From IMG/VR virus record IMGVR_UViG_3300036768_000197, positions 1-31,358 of that record: a DNA stretch of 31,358 nucleotides; one strand, given 5' to 3'. Shown piece after piece: positions 1 through 8,650 of the stretch; within the stretch, counting starts at the first letter, position 1, and every line of letters begins with the position of its first letter. The notes below the pieces were generated by a model. The model did no database searches. It saw only the letters and a program-made list of their open reading frames with translations, and was not told the DNA's origin. The position numbers and the translations under genes are program-made. This DNA is from a virus (Duplodnaviria; Caudoviricetes).

Positions 1-2
1 CT

Positions 3-896
3 ACTGGCAATTTTGCAAAAGCGCTATGGCCTGGTGTAAATGCCTGGTACGGAAAAGCGTATAATGAATACCCTGTCGAGTATGATAAACTCTTCGATAA
101 ATTTACGTCTCGGCGTAATTTTGAAGAGGATGTTGGTGTATCGTCATTTGGTCTGGCTATCCAGAAAGCTGAAGGCGCACCCGTATCATACGATTCAGAG
201 CGTCAGGGATTCATTACTCGGTATACGCATGTCGTGTATGCCCTTGGCTTCTCGGTTTCTCGTGAGGCTATGGAAGACGATATGTATGACATCATTGCAC
301 AACGGCGTGCTCAAGGTCTTGCATTCTCAATGCGCCAGACCAAGGAAGTCGTTGGTGCAAATGTCTATAACCGTGCATTCAATGCTTCCTATCCTGGCGG
401 CGACGGCGTTTCTCTGATCAATACCGCACATCCAAACGTGGCTGGCGGTACCCAATCAAACCGTCTCTCAGTTGACTCGGATCTTTCCGAGGCGGCTCTT
501 GAGCAGGCTTGTATTGATATTCAGGGATTCCGCAATGACCGGGGTCTACTGATCGCTCTTCGCCCAACATCACTTATCATTCCCTATACCCTAGAGTTCG
601 AGGCTCATCGTATTCTCAAATCAGTTGGCCGCACTGGCACTGATCTGAACGATCCCAACGCTCTAAAAGAAATGGGGATGATCAAGAATATTGTGGTAAG
701 CCACTTCATCACTGACACTGACGCTTGGTTCCTCCGTACCAATGCCCCGCATGGTATGAAGTATTTTGAGCGTCGTGCCGATGAATTTACGACTGACAAT
801 GACTTTGATACTGAGAATGCCAAGTTCAAAGCCACTGCTCGTTATTCATTCGGCTGGTCAGACTGGCGCGGTCTATACGGCTCACCAGGTGCGTAA
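3..896 (+). CDS. Major capsid protein (HK97 fold, Mu gpT/HTVC010P-like family), 5'-truncated
   Basis: The frame is open from base 3 (TGNFAKALWPGVNAWYGKAYNEYP...FEEDVGVSSFGLA) into the 234..896 ORF. It ends with the typical capsid C-terminus DFDTENAKFKATARYSFGWSDWRGLYGSPGA and is followed by a terminator. Confidence 0.9.
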   Translation, partial: TGNFAKALWPGVNAWYGKAYNEYPVEYDKLFDKFTSRRNFEEDVGVSSFGLAIQKAEGAPVSYDSERQGFITRYTHVVYALGFSVSREAMEDDMYDIIAQRRAQGLAFSMRQTKEVVGANVYNRAFNASYPGGDGVSLINTAHPNVAGGTQSNRLSVDSDLSEAALEQACIDIQGFRNDRGLLIALRPTSLIIPYTLEFEAHRILKSVGRTGTDLNDPNALKEMGMIKNIVVSHFITDTDAWFLRTNAPHGMKYFERRADEFTTDNDFDTENAKFKATARYSFGWSDWRGLYGSPGA

Positions 897-897
897 T

Positions 898-926
898 AAA
901 ACAGGGGGATAATCTCCCCCTGTTTT
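898..926 (+). terminator. Intrinsic terminator/attenuator after the capsid gene
   Basis: Perfect 12-bp stem AAAACAGGGGGA-taatc-TCCCCCTGTTTT directly after TAATAA. The GAGGAG RBS of the next gene follows immediately. Confidence 0.8.
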
Positions 927-937
927 GAGGAGTCGAT

Positions 938-1345
938 ATGCCACTCACAGTTAATATCTCATACCCAAAAGTTAGAGATGTTTATACTAAGGTAGTTCCA
1001 ATCCTACGTACTGACAACGCGACAGTAAAATGTGTATTGCCGAAGAATGCTGTTGTTACCAAGGTAATGGTAAACCAGACATCAAACGCAGTTACTGGAG
1101 CAGGCTCATTCAGTCTAGGATGGAGCGGTAGCGCAAACTCACTGATTAATGCATTTTCTATGGCAACTACCAAAGTTGGCTTGGTTGCCCCAGGAACTGC
1201 TGTTGGTGCGTCTGTTGGTACCCAACTTACCGAAGATAAACAGATCATTTCAACCTATACGGTTGGAACATCCACCGCTGGCGGCGAGGGCTATGTACTC
1301 ATCGAGTATTTCGTCCCAGGCGCTGGCGAAGGTATGTATGACTAA
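938..1345 (+). CDS. Putative capsid decoration/minor virion protein
   Basis: GAGGAG RBS; beta-rich, Thr/Gly/Val-rich 135 aa directly downstream of the capsid gene. Confidence 0.6.
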   Translation: MPLTVNISYPKVRDVYTKVVPILRTDNATVKCVLPKNAVVTKVMVNQTSNAVTGAGSFSLGWSGSANSLINAFSMATTKVGLVAPGTAVGASVGTQLTEDKQIISTYTVGTSTAGGEGYVLIEYFVPGAGEGMYD

Positions 1346-1353
1346 TTAGGGAT

Positions 1354-1378
1354 GGGGGGATTATTCCCCCCCTCTCTT
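1354..1378 (+). terminator. Hairpin, possible weak terminator
   Basis: GGGGGGA-ttat-TCCCCCC followed by CTCTCTT, in the intergenic gap. Confidence 0.5.
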
Positions 1379-1392
1379 ACAAAGGAAGATAA

Positions 1393-1926
1393 ATGCGTTC
1401 GAAATCAGTCACATTATCTGCTGTTGGTGTTTCCAACTGGATTCCAGTCAATTGGAAACAGCGACCAGTGAATATTGGTGTAGCTGTTGATTTCAGTTCC
1501 GGTGCATCTGGAATTACTTACGAAGTACAGCATACATTCGATGATCTTGGAAAAAAGACCCCAATTACAAGTATTTCAAGATCTGGAAATACTGTTACTG
1601 TCGTTTTTGCCAGTGACCATCTTGTAAATGCAAATGATTCCATTGTAGTAGAGGGATCAGGAATTAGTGGAGCAGATGGAGTATTTCCTGTTGCTTCTGT
1701 TGTAAACAGCACCACTCTTACTTATACTACGTCAACTTCAGGAACTGCTACTGGCAATACAGACACACGAGTAACTTTACTTCGTGTATTCCCACATGAA
1801 TTTCTCACAAATAAAACAGTAACAGATGACGGTAACTATGCTTTTCCTATTACTGCGGTTAGACTGTCTGTTTCAGCATTAACTGCTGGCGCAGCCACAC
1901 TAACTGTAATTCAAAGCGGAGCTTAA
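1393..1926 (+). CDS. Virion structural protein with an inserted small beta domain
   Basis: Conserved-looking N and C parts (WIPVN...YEVQHTFDD; GNYAFPITAVRL) flank the segment ITSISRSGNTVTV...HLVNANDSIVVEG...FPVASVVNSTTLTY, which resembles FCCH-like beta modules of phage proteins. Confidence 0.6.
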   Translation: MRSKSVTLSAVGVSNWIPVNWKQRPVNIGVAVDFSSGASGITYEVQHTFDDLGKKTPITSISRSGNTVTVVFASDHLVNANDSIVVEGSGISGADGVFPVASVVNSTTLTYTTSTSGTATGNTDTRVTLLRVFPHEFLTNKTVTDDGNYAFPITAVRLSVSALTAGAATLTVIQSGA

Positions 1927-1927
1927 T

Positions 1928-2362
1928 ATGCTATTGAAACGAGTCTATGAAGACGGCCGTTGCACCAAAGTAGAGATTAAACATACTGGTTTCGATAGAG
2001 AACAGAATTTCTCTACCAGACTTGTTTCTGGTGCAATGGCCGAAGGCTGGATGCGAATGGATGATAAGCATATCTACGTCAAGACTACTGAAGAAGAGCT
2101 TGTTTACAAAATCAACAAGCGTCCCGGTTACTATTGTTGTTTCGATGATAAATACTTTGAATCCGTAGATATGGTCAAATCATGGGTTGAATCCAACTAT
2201 AAAGACAAGGAGTCCCCTGATCCACAGAACCCACTTGGATATAAGAAACTAAATCATTATGAGTGTGTTCTTGAAGCACACCAGCATGAAAAATATAAAG
2301 CAAACAAAAAGGACAATTCTCCTGGATTTATGAAAAAACTGAAGGAACTGATCTATGGCTAA
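1928..2362 (+). CDS. Hypothetical protein
   Basis: 144 aa ORF tightly packed between its neighbours, with normal codon usage. Confidence 0.7.
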   Translation: MLLKRVYEDGRCTKVEIKHTGFDREQNFSTRLVSGAMAEGWMRMDDKHIYVKTTEEELVYKINKRPGYYCCFDDKYFESVDMVKSWVESNYKDKESPDPQNPLGYKKLNHYECVLEAHQHEKYKANKKDNSPGFMKKLKELIYG

Positions 2363-2825
2363 CATGGTCATGAATATTGCTCTTGGGCGTGTAACGGAAC
2401 TGTATAATCGTGTAGATACAAATGATCCTGCAAACTCCGTACTAGTAGTGATTGCATGGAACGCATCTGCATCTGATGCTACGATCAAAGATGTGGATAC
2501 TGTAGCTGCATTGGAAGCAACATCAGGAGTAGATGAAGTTACCAATACCGGTTATGCACGCAAAATCTTAACTGATGCAGATCTTGTTGCATTTGCTCCA
2601 GATGATACCAATGACCGTGTTGATCTTGATATTCCAGATCAGACTTGGACGGGAGTAGCAGCAGGTACAAACTGGACAGATCTTGCAATTTGTTACGATA
2701 ATGATTCTACTTCTGGAACAGATTCAAACATCATTCCTCTGACTTGGCATGATTTCGTAGTAACTCCTGATGGATCTGATATTACAGCACAAATTGCTGC
2801 TGCTGGTTTCTACAGGGCGCAGTAA
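2355..2825 (+). CDS. Putative tail-associated virion protein
   Basis: Acidic beta-rich 156 aa. The motifs EVTNTGYARKIL, DDTNDRVDLD and VTPDGSDITAQI resemble small minor-tail proteins. Confidence 0.6.
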   Translation: MANMVMNIALGRVTELYNRVDTNDPANSVLVVIAWNASASDATIKDVDTVAALEATSGVDEVTNTGYARKILTDADLVAFAPDDTNDRVDLDIPDQTWTGVAAGTNWTDLAICYDNDSTSGTDSNIIPLTWHDFVVTPDGSDITAQIAAAGFYRAQ

Positions 2826-3187
2826 TGAAAAAAGTCATTTCGGTAATCCATCATCTAGTTTTATTGTCTATATTCGCAATCTTGTTAGCGGTGTTCTCGG
2901 TTGCATTTGCGGATGATGTACGTGTGTGTTACTCTAATCCTAACGACATCCCGAGGAACACTGATGGCAAGATCAAAAGGAGTCAGGAGGCAAAGTATAA
3001 GTTCTCAAAGGAACATCCATGTCCGTCTACTGGTCTTACTACTGGTGCGTGTATAGGATGGTACATCGATCACGTCATCCCGCTCACCTGTGGTGGCTGC
3101 GACGACATCATCAACATGCAGTGGCTCCCTGAAGACCAGTGGAAGGACAAGAGCAAGTGGGAGCGCAAGGTCTACTGTGGAAGGTGA
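2825..3187 (+). CDS. HNH-family protein with N-terminal signal peptide/TM segment
   Basis: Signal-like N-terminus MKK...LVLLSIFAILLAVFSVAFA|DD, followed by HPCPSTG...C..W.IDHVIPL.CGG.D...NMQWL (HNH beta-beta-alpha core). Confidence 0.75.
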   Translation: MKKVISVIHHLVLLSIFAILLAVFSVAFADDVRVCYSNPNDIPRNTDGKIKRSQEAKYKFSKEHPCPSTGLTTGACIGWYIDHVIPLTCGGCDDIINMQWLPEDQWKDKSKWERKVYCGR

Positions 3188-3193
3188 GGAGCA

Positions 3194-3763
3194 ATGAAAA
3201 AGTCTCTCCTGATTCTGAATGATGTGGTGATCGCAACTATTATCGAGATCATTTCGCTGCCTCTATCGCTCTTAGTTCCAATCATTGTCCTCTTCGCCAA
3301 GTGGGATGACAAGCCGACCACTTGGACCGGAGGCGCGGACGACTACGAACATCCAGCAGTCCGTGGCGACCTGCCTCGGTGGGCGTATATCTGGAGTACA
3401 CCAGATGAGCGGCTGCCGGGCGACGTGCGTATGCAGCAGACGCGTGAAGTTCTTGAGTGGACGACCAAGAAGTTTGGCGAGAAAGTTGGTCGTTACCTGA
3501 CGAGCGTCTGGTGGCTGTGGCGCAACTGTATGTATGGCCTGTCGTGGGTCACAAGTGCAAGACCAAGCGATGGAGACTTCTACAAACCACAGACGCCCAG
3601 TCTCGTCTGGCGCGAGAGCGAAGGTATCTGGAGGTGGTGGAACAGGTTCGGTCCTGTTGAACTTCAGGCTGGGTGGAAGCCACACAGGGCAGACGAGAAG
3701 GCTCACTGGCAGCATGGACCATTCGTGGTGATTCGGTACGTCTCGATCAGGAAGGCGAAATAA
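3194..3763 (+). CDS. Hypothetical membrane-anchored, Trp-rich phage protein
   Basis: GAGGAG RBS, hydrophobic N-terminal segment, and motifs LPRWAYIWSTPD and WWLWRN. Confidence 0.7.
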   Translation: MKKSLLILNDVVIATIIEIISLPLSLLVPIIVLFAKWDDKPTTWTGGADDYEHPAVRGDLPRWAYIWSTPDERLPGDVRMQQTREVLEWTTKKFGEKVGRYLTSVWWLWRNCMYGLSWVTSARPSDGDFYKPQTPSLVWRESEGIWRWWNRFGPVELQAGWKPHRADEKAHWQHGPFVVIRYVSIRKAK

Positions 3764-3766
3764 GGT

Positions 3767-4561
3767 ATGCCACGTCAGCAGGTAGCAAACGACAACTTCA
3801 ACCGCGCAGACGAGACACTCGGTTCACCAAACTGGCAGCAGATACTCCCTGGCTGGGGAAATGTCGTAGTCAGATCGAACAAGGTACGAGGGACAAACGC
3901 CGCAGGCGAATCCCAAGCGGCAGGCTGGATTTCCAACACATTTAACAATGACCAGTATGCAGAAGTCTCGGTAGACGCGACAGGAATCGGATTTGGTACC
4001 AGCACACTTGGTGGCGTAGGGTGCAGATGGAACGGTTCGAATGAACCGAACCATTCGATGTACGAGGCAATATGGATTAACGCACCGACTCCTGAGCTTC
4101 GAATAAACAAGGTCATAAGCGGTACGCGGACGATACTAGCGAGCACGGCGTACTCTCCAGGAGCGCCGTTCACGCTTGCACTCGAATGTGTAGGCAGCAA
4201 CCTGGCGCTGCTAGTCAACGGCACGACGCAACTGACGGCAACGGATAATACACTTACTTCTGGTGGGGCAGTAATCATTGCCAAGTCTGATTCTGGCTCA
4301 CCACTCCCAGCACTGGACGACTGGTCTGCGGGGAACATCACATCTGTCACTCTCGACCAGAAAGCATACCGCTACTTCAATGATGACGGGAGCGAGAGCG
4401 GAAGTACTGCGATGGCCGCACAGAATACAGATGTAACAGTGTCATCCGGAGGCGTCTTCCGAATCCGCTTCGGCATTCAGGCAACGGGTGATCCGACAGG
4501 AAAACAGTTCCGCCTCGAATACGACAACATGGGCGGATCGAACTGGAGACAGGTACCATAA
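3767..4561 (+). CDS. Putative tail/virion protein (lectin-like beta sandwich plus half of a second domain)
   Basis: DNFNRAD...DQYAEV...DDWSAGN beta-sandwich pattern, then C-terminal QKAYRYFNDDGSES...FRLEY. Confidence 0.65.
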   Translation: MPRQQVANDNFNRADETLGSPNWQQILPGWGNVVVRSNKVRGTNAAGESQAAGWISNTFNNDQYAEVSVDATGIGFGTSTLGGVGCRWNGSNEPNHSMYEAIWINAPTPELRINKVISGTRTILASTAYSPGAPFTLALECVGSNLALLVNGTTQLTATDNTLTSGGAVIIAKSDSGSPLPALDDWSAGNITSVTLDQKAYRYFNDDGSESGSTAMAAQNTDVTVSSGGVFRIRFGIQATGDPTGKQFRLEYDNMGGSNWRQVP

Positions 4562-5544
4562 TGTTTCATACAGTTTCACGAGTAGCAGAAAGCTCTACTA
4601 GTACAGGTACTGGAAACTTTTCTCTAAATAGTGCTCTTACTGGGCATATCAGAGCAAACCAGATCCCGAACATCGCTGTCAACGACTTCTTCGACTACAC
4701 AATCGAGGCAGTCGATGCGAACGGCGTGCCGAACGGAGATTGGGAAGTCGGCATCGGCACGTACAGTGCGGCGAATACTCTTGCCCGCACCATCGTCACC
4801 GAGTCGAGCAACTCAGGTTCGCTTGTCAACTTCGGCTCTGGCACGAAGTACGTCTACCTAAGCCCAATCGCACTAAGGTTTGGCCTGAACCGGAGCCGGT
4901 GGGCGTTCTACGAAACGGATTTTCTCGGTCCAGCAGGTGCGGCGACGCTCGAAGCGGCGTCGATGATCTGGGACGTGGCACTCCTAAGCGCAGGCACGCA
5001 GACCAAGGTTGCTGGTACGGCTGGACACCCCGGACAGTGGCGGTGTGCATCTTCCACGACTGCAAACAGCGGTGCATACGTGCTTACTGATACTACTGCC
5101 TTCTCCATCGAGGGTGGCGAGACCAGCGAGTTCATAATCAACCCGCAGACCAACACCAACACGACGATTCGGGCCGGTCACCACAACGCGACGACCGCGA
5201 CTGCGCCCACCAACGGTGTGTTCTTCGAGATCGTTGCCGGAGCGGTCGTTGGTATCTGCCGCAACGCCAATACACAGACAGCAACAGCGACGCTGGCGAC
5301 GCTGTCAACCTCGACGTGGTACCGGCTGCGATACCGGGTCAACCTCGCCAAGACTGAGGCATTGTTCCAGGTCTTCAGTGAGACAGGCACTCTGCTCGGA
5401 TCGGGTACCGTGACTACGAATATCCCGACGGCTGCTAACACAATGGGTCACGGGCTGATCGCAACTAACAGCGGAACCACTGCCGTTAACCTAGTGATCG
5501 TGGACTATATGTCCCTCGCGTCTCTCCGTCGCCTGACGAGGTAA
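4561..5544 (+). CDS. Putative tail fibre/virion protein
   Basis: N-terminal RVAESSTSTGTGNFSL...WEVGIGTY...LARTIVTESSNSGSLVNF module typical of phage tail proteins; Thr/Gly-rich beta C-terminal domain; TAATG coupling to the upstream gene. Confidence 0.7.
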   Translation: MFHTVSRVAESSTSTGTGNFSLNSALTGHIRANQIPNIAVNDFFDYTIEAVDANGVPNGDWEVGIGTYSAANTLARTIVTESSNSGSLVNFGSGTKYVYLSPIALRFGLNRSRWAFYETDFLGPAGAATLEAASMIWDVALLSAGTQTKVAGTAGHPGQWRCASSTTANSGAYVLTDTTAFSIEGGETSEFIINPQTNTNTTIRAGHHNATTATAPTNGVFFEIVAGAVVGICRNANTQTATATLATLSTSTWYRLRYRVNLAKTEALFQVFSETGTLLGSGTVTTNIPTAANTMGHGLIATNSGTTAVNLVIVDYMSLASLRRLTR

Positions 5545-5548
5545 GACA

Positions 5549-6556
5549 ATGCAGTGGCGCGTGTACGGGCGGCTTCCGTATGCGCCCGGTCTAAAACCTC
5601 CAGTCGAGCCGGAGGTTCATTTAATTGATTCAACATTCATCGCTGCTAGTGCTGCGACGAGCACGACGCAGCGGCTGACGGGCCTCACCGGCACCTTCAC
5701 CGCTGGTCGGATCAGCGACGACACGAACCCACTGCCGTCAATCGACATCGGTAACAACGGCAACACCGAGGTCGAGTTTGTAGTCAAGATTGCAAGTTCC
5801 GTAGCAAATGGCACTCAGTTCAAGTTCCGTATTACGGACAACGGAACTCCGCTCGATACATACACTGTCACACCTACTGTCACAGTTAATACAGGAGGAG
5901 GTCATACAGTAACGGTAGGGCAAGTAACAGAGACAGATTCTGTTTTTGCCATATCAAAGATAAAGACCAAAACAGTAAGTCAGGTCTCCGAGACGGATAC
6001 TGCTCAGGCAATAACAAGGCTAAAGAAAAAAGTAGTAGGACAAGTTTCAGAAACAGATACAGCATTTGCTGTATCGAAAATCAAGACAAAGCTTTTAGGA
6101 CAAACCTCAGAAACGGATCTTGCCCAACCAATTACTTCTGGCGGATCACATATAGTAACAGTAAATCAAGTAACAGAAACTGACACTGCATTTGCTGTAT
6201 CAAAGATAAAATTAAAAACCGTTTCTCAAACCAATGAAACTGATACTGCAAATGCAATCACAGTTCATAGTGTAAAAATAAGAATAGTAAATCAAGTTAC
6301 TGAAACAGACACAGCAAACTCAGTATTCAAATTAAAGTTAAAAGTATTAACACAGATTACAGAAGTAGATACAGCAAACCCAATTAACTGGAATCCAAAG
6401 AAAAGATTGGTGTTGTCTGTAACAGAAATTGACACAGCCAATCCAATTTCTACCGGAGCAATTGAAAGGAAAAGCGGGGTTTCTGTAAAATTCATTGATG
6501 GTGTGTCACTACCAGATGGAGTAACACAAGGAAAACATATCAGTTTGGATGATTAA
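5549..6556 (+). CDS. Repeat-containing putative virion fibre protein
   Basis: N-terminal beta domain followed by nine ~20-aa QV(T/S)ETDTA repeats. Confidence 0.7.
   Translation: MQWRVYGRLPYAPGLKPPVEPEVHLIDSTFIAASAATSTTQRLTGLTGTFTAGRISDDTNPLPSIDIGNNGNTEVEFVVKIASSVANGTQFKFRITDNGTPLDTYTVTPTVTVNTGGGHTVTVGQVTETDSVFAISKIKTKTVSQVSETDTAQAITRLKKKVVGQVSETDTAFAVSKIKTKLLGQTSETDLAQPITSGGSHIVTVNQVTETDTAFAVSKIKLKTVSQTNETDTANAITVHSVKIRIVNQVTETDTANSVFKLKLKVLTQITEVDTANPINWNPKKRLVLSVTEIDTANPISTGAIERKSGVSVKFIDGVSLPDGVTQGKHISLDD
5921..6450 (+). repeat. In-frame tandem coding repeat, 9 units of 60-66 nt
   Basis: Units start at 5921, 5981, 6041, 6101, 6167, 6227, 6293, 6353 and 6416; consensus QV(T/S)ETDTAxA(I/V)xKxKxK. 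Confidence 0.9.
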
Positions 6557-6808
6557 ATGGACTTCACAAGCATAATAATCTTGGGCCTAACCACAGGACT
6601 TGGTGTTCTTGGATTTCTAGTCAAATCTCTTTATTATAATGTGAAAGAAAATATGACAGAACAACGAAATGAACTTAAAAAAATTGAAAATGAACTTCAA
6701 CAAGTAAAGGTAGATTATGCTCATAAATCGGATCTGATTGCTATAAAAAATGAAATTATGGCAAGATTCGATAAATTTGAGGATAGACTGGAAGCCCTAA
6801 GAAAATGA
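6557..6808 (+). CDS. Small membrane protein (single TM plus coiled coil)
   Basis: Hydrophobic residues 5-26 followed by a heptad-rich charged segment. Confidence 0.7.
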   Translation: MDFTSIIILGLTTGLGVLGFLVKSLYYNVKENMTEQRNELKKIENELQQVKVDYAHKSDLIAIKNEIMARFDKFEDRLEALRK

Positions 6809-7077
6809 AAGATTACTATAAACCTGGTACCTGGAATGTGGCCTGCCCTGTCTGTGGGCAGCGATACAAATCAGATGAAATGAAGAAAAGATGGGATGGT
6901 TTATGGGTATGTCGTTATGATTGGGAACCACGTCATCCGCAGGATTTGATAAAAATAAAGGCAGAAGAAACGAACAAAGTTGCATTTTCTTATCATGAAA
7001 CTGAAGTGGATGTTTCCCCATCATGGTCTATTCCATTTGAATCAGTTCCACCTGGTACATTTGACAACGGATTGTAA
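6805..7077 (+). CDS. Small Cys-rich conserved phage protein
   Basis: WNVACPVCG...RWDGLWVC..DWEPRHPQD motif; ATGA overlap with the upstream gene. Confidence 0.75.
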   Translation: MKDYYKPGTWNVACPVCGQRYKSDEMKKRWDGLWVCRYDWEPRHPQDLIKIKAEETNKVAFSYHETEVDVSPSWSIPFESVPPGTFDNGL

Positions 7078-7080
7078 AAT

Positions 7081-8238
7081 ATGGCAACATTAACTCTTAG
7101 GCTTGTAAAAGGAAGTACACTAACCTTCAGTGAAACTGATGGTAACTTTACTTCCCTGAACAATGAAAAAATAGAAAGAGATGGCTCCATTCCATTTACT
7201 GGAGCGCAACCTTTTGTTGCAGGTACTGTCTCTGCACCTGGAATTACGATAGCTGGAGATACCAATACTGGTGTCTATTCTCCGGCAGCAGATCAGCTTG
7301 CAATTACATGTGGCGGCACGCAAAGAGGTCTTTTTTCTTCTTCTGGTCTAACAGTAACTGGTACCATTTCTGGAACTCATTCTGGAGATGGATCTGCTAT
7401 AACTAATCTTAATGCAAGCAACATTGCTACGGGTACATTAGCAGATGCCCGTCTGAGTTCGAACGTACCACTAAAAAATGCCGCGAATACGTTCACGGCA
7501 AACCAGACATTAAGCGTTGGTGCAATATCTATTTTTACTATCAATTCGTCAGGCTCGCCTGAGCTTCGTTTTGAAAATACCGGTGCTGCTGCAAACAACA
7601 AAAACTGGGTCTTTTTTACCAATACAACCGAGTTACATATTCGACCATACTCTGATGACTACTTATCCAGTACGTCCGCAATATCCATAGCTCGAAGTGG
7701 AGCTATAGCAGGAGCAATTCAAACTTACGGTAACTTATTTGTTGGATTTAACCATAGTGGAGTTGGATACATTGGTATTTCAACTGGTGATGCAACGGCG
7801 TCTGGTTTTACTGCATTCTTTTCTCCATCAGGTACCAGAGTCGGCTATATTGGCTTCGCTACGACATTTGGCACTGGCGACAACGGCACCATTCCATATG
7901 TTGCTGGTGCACACTCCTTTACTGGACGCGCTAATACTGTCCCGGTAAGCGTCGCATTCAGTGCTACGCCGACATTCAACAGTGCCCAGTCGAATATTAT
8001 CCTCTTTGGTACGATGACTGCAAACGTCACCTCGATGACAATCAGCAATCCTGTGGATGGTGCCCAGTTGCAGATTCGGTTCGTGCAAGATGGTACAGGT
8101 GGGCGTACGGTGACTCTGCCAAGCAACGTACAGGTCAGCGGCTCACTCAACACCGCTGCAAACGCAGTAACGTGGCTCGTGCTTACCTACGTGTCTTCCG
8201 CATCCCGTTGGGAAGGCACTTGGACGAAGGTGAGCTAA
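7081..8238 (+). CDS. Tail fibre / receptor-binding protein
   Basis: Anchor MATLTLRLVKGSTLTFSETDGNFTSLN, fibre motifs GDTNTGVYSPAADQLAI and TNLNASNIATGTLADARL, and tip domain QDGTGGRTVTLP. Confidence 0.85.
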   Translation: MATLTLRLVKGSTLTFSETDGNFTSLNNEKIERDGSIPFTGAQPFVAGTVSAPGITIAGDTNTGVYSPAADQLAITCGGTQRGLFSSSGLTVTGTISGTHSGDGSAITNLNASNIATGTLADARLSSNVPLKNAANTFTANQTLSVGAISIFTINSSGSPELRFENTGAAANNKNWVFFTNTTELHIRPYSDDYLSSTSAISIARSGAIAGAIQTYGNLFVGFNHSGVGYIGISTGDATASGFTAFFSPSGTRVGYIGFATTFGTGDNGTIPYVAGAHSFTGRANTVPVSVAFSATPTFNSAQSNIILFGTMTANVTSMTISNPVDGAQLQIRFVQDGTGGRTVTLPSNVQVSGSLNTAANAVTWLVLTYVSSASRWEGTWTKVS

Positions 8239-8239
8239 G

Positions 8240-8650
8240 ATGTTCAGCATACCAATGCTTATGAGAGGAGAAGTCGTTAATCCTCTTCCAGGCGAAACTT
8301 TTTATGTTTCATACGATGTCCCCGTAGGTTCAACTCTAAGAGTCAGTCCTGATGGTTGGGTCAGACACGTAAATAATGGTTTTCCAATTTCAAAACATAA
8401 ATGGCACACTGACGGAGGAGATGCTTCCATGTATGTCCGCTTCACTCTCATTAGTGGAGATGTCCCTAATATTGGAACACTGAATACATGGCAGCAATTA
8501 AATGCAGATCGTGACATCGGAAACTTTCAATCAGCTCCCGGATCGAGGAGCAGCACCATTAAGGTAGAGATTGCAACTGACGCTGGTGGAACTCACATCA
8601 TCTCGACAAGCTCACCAAACTATACTGTTGAAGCTGAGGTAACACTCTAA
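8240..8650 (+). CDS. Hypothetical protein, possible fibre-associated adhesin/chaperone
   Basis: 136 aa directly after the fibre gene and coupled to the next gene. Confidence 0.6.
   Translation: MFSIPMLMRGEVVNPLPGETFYVSYDVPVGSTLRVSPDGWVRHVNNGFPISKHKWHTDGGDASMYVRFTLISGDVPNIGTLNTWQQLNADRDIGNFQSAPGSRSSTIKVEIATDAGGTHIISTSSPNYTVEAEVTL

Noticed and set aside
4559-5611. Self-splicing intron or invertible cassette explaining the split domain
   Set aside because: No intron core, no inverted repeats and no recombinase. Only a 4-nt AGGT match at the ends, which is not significant.
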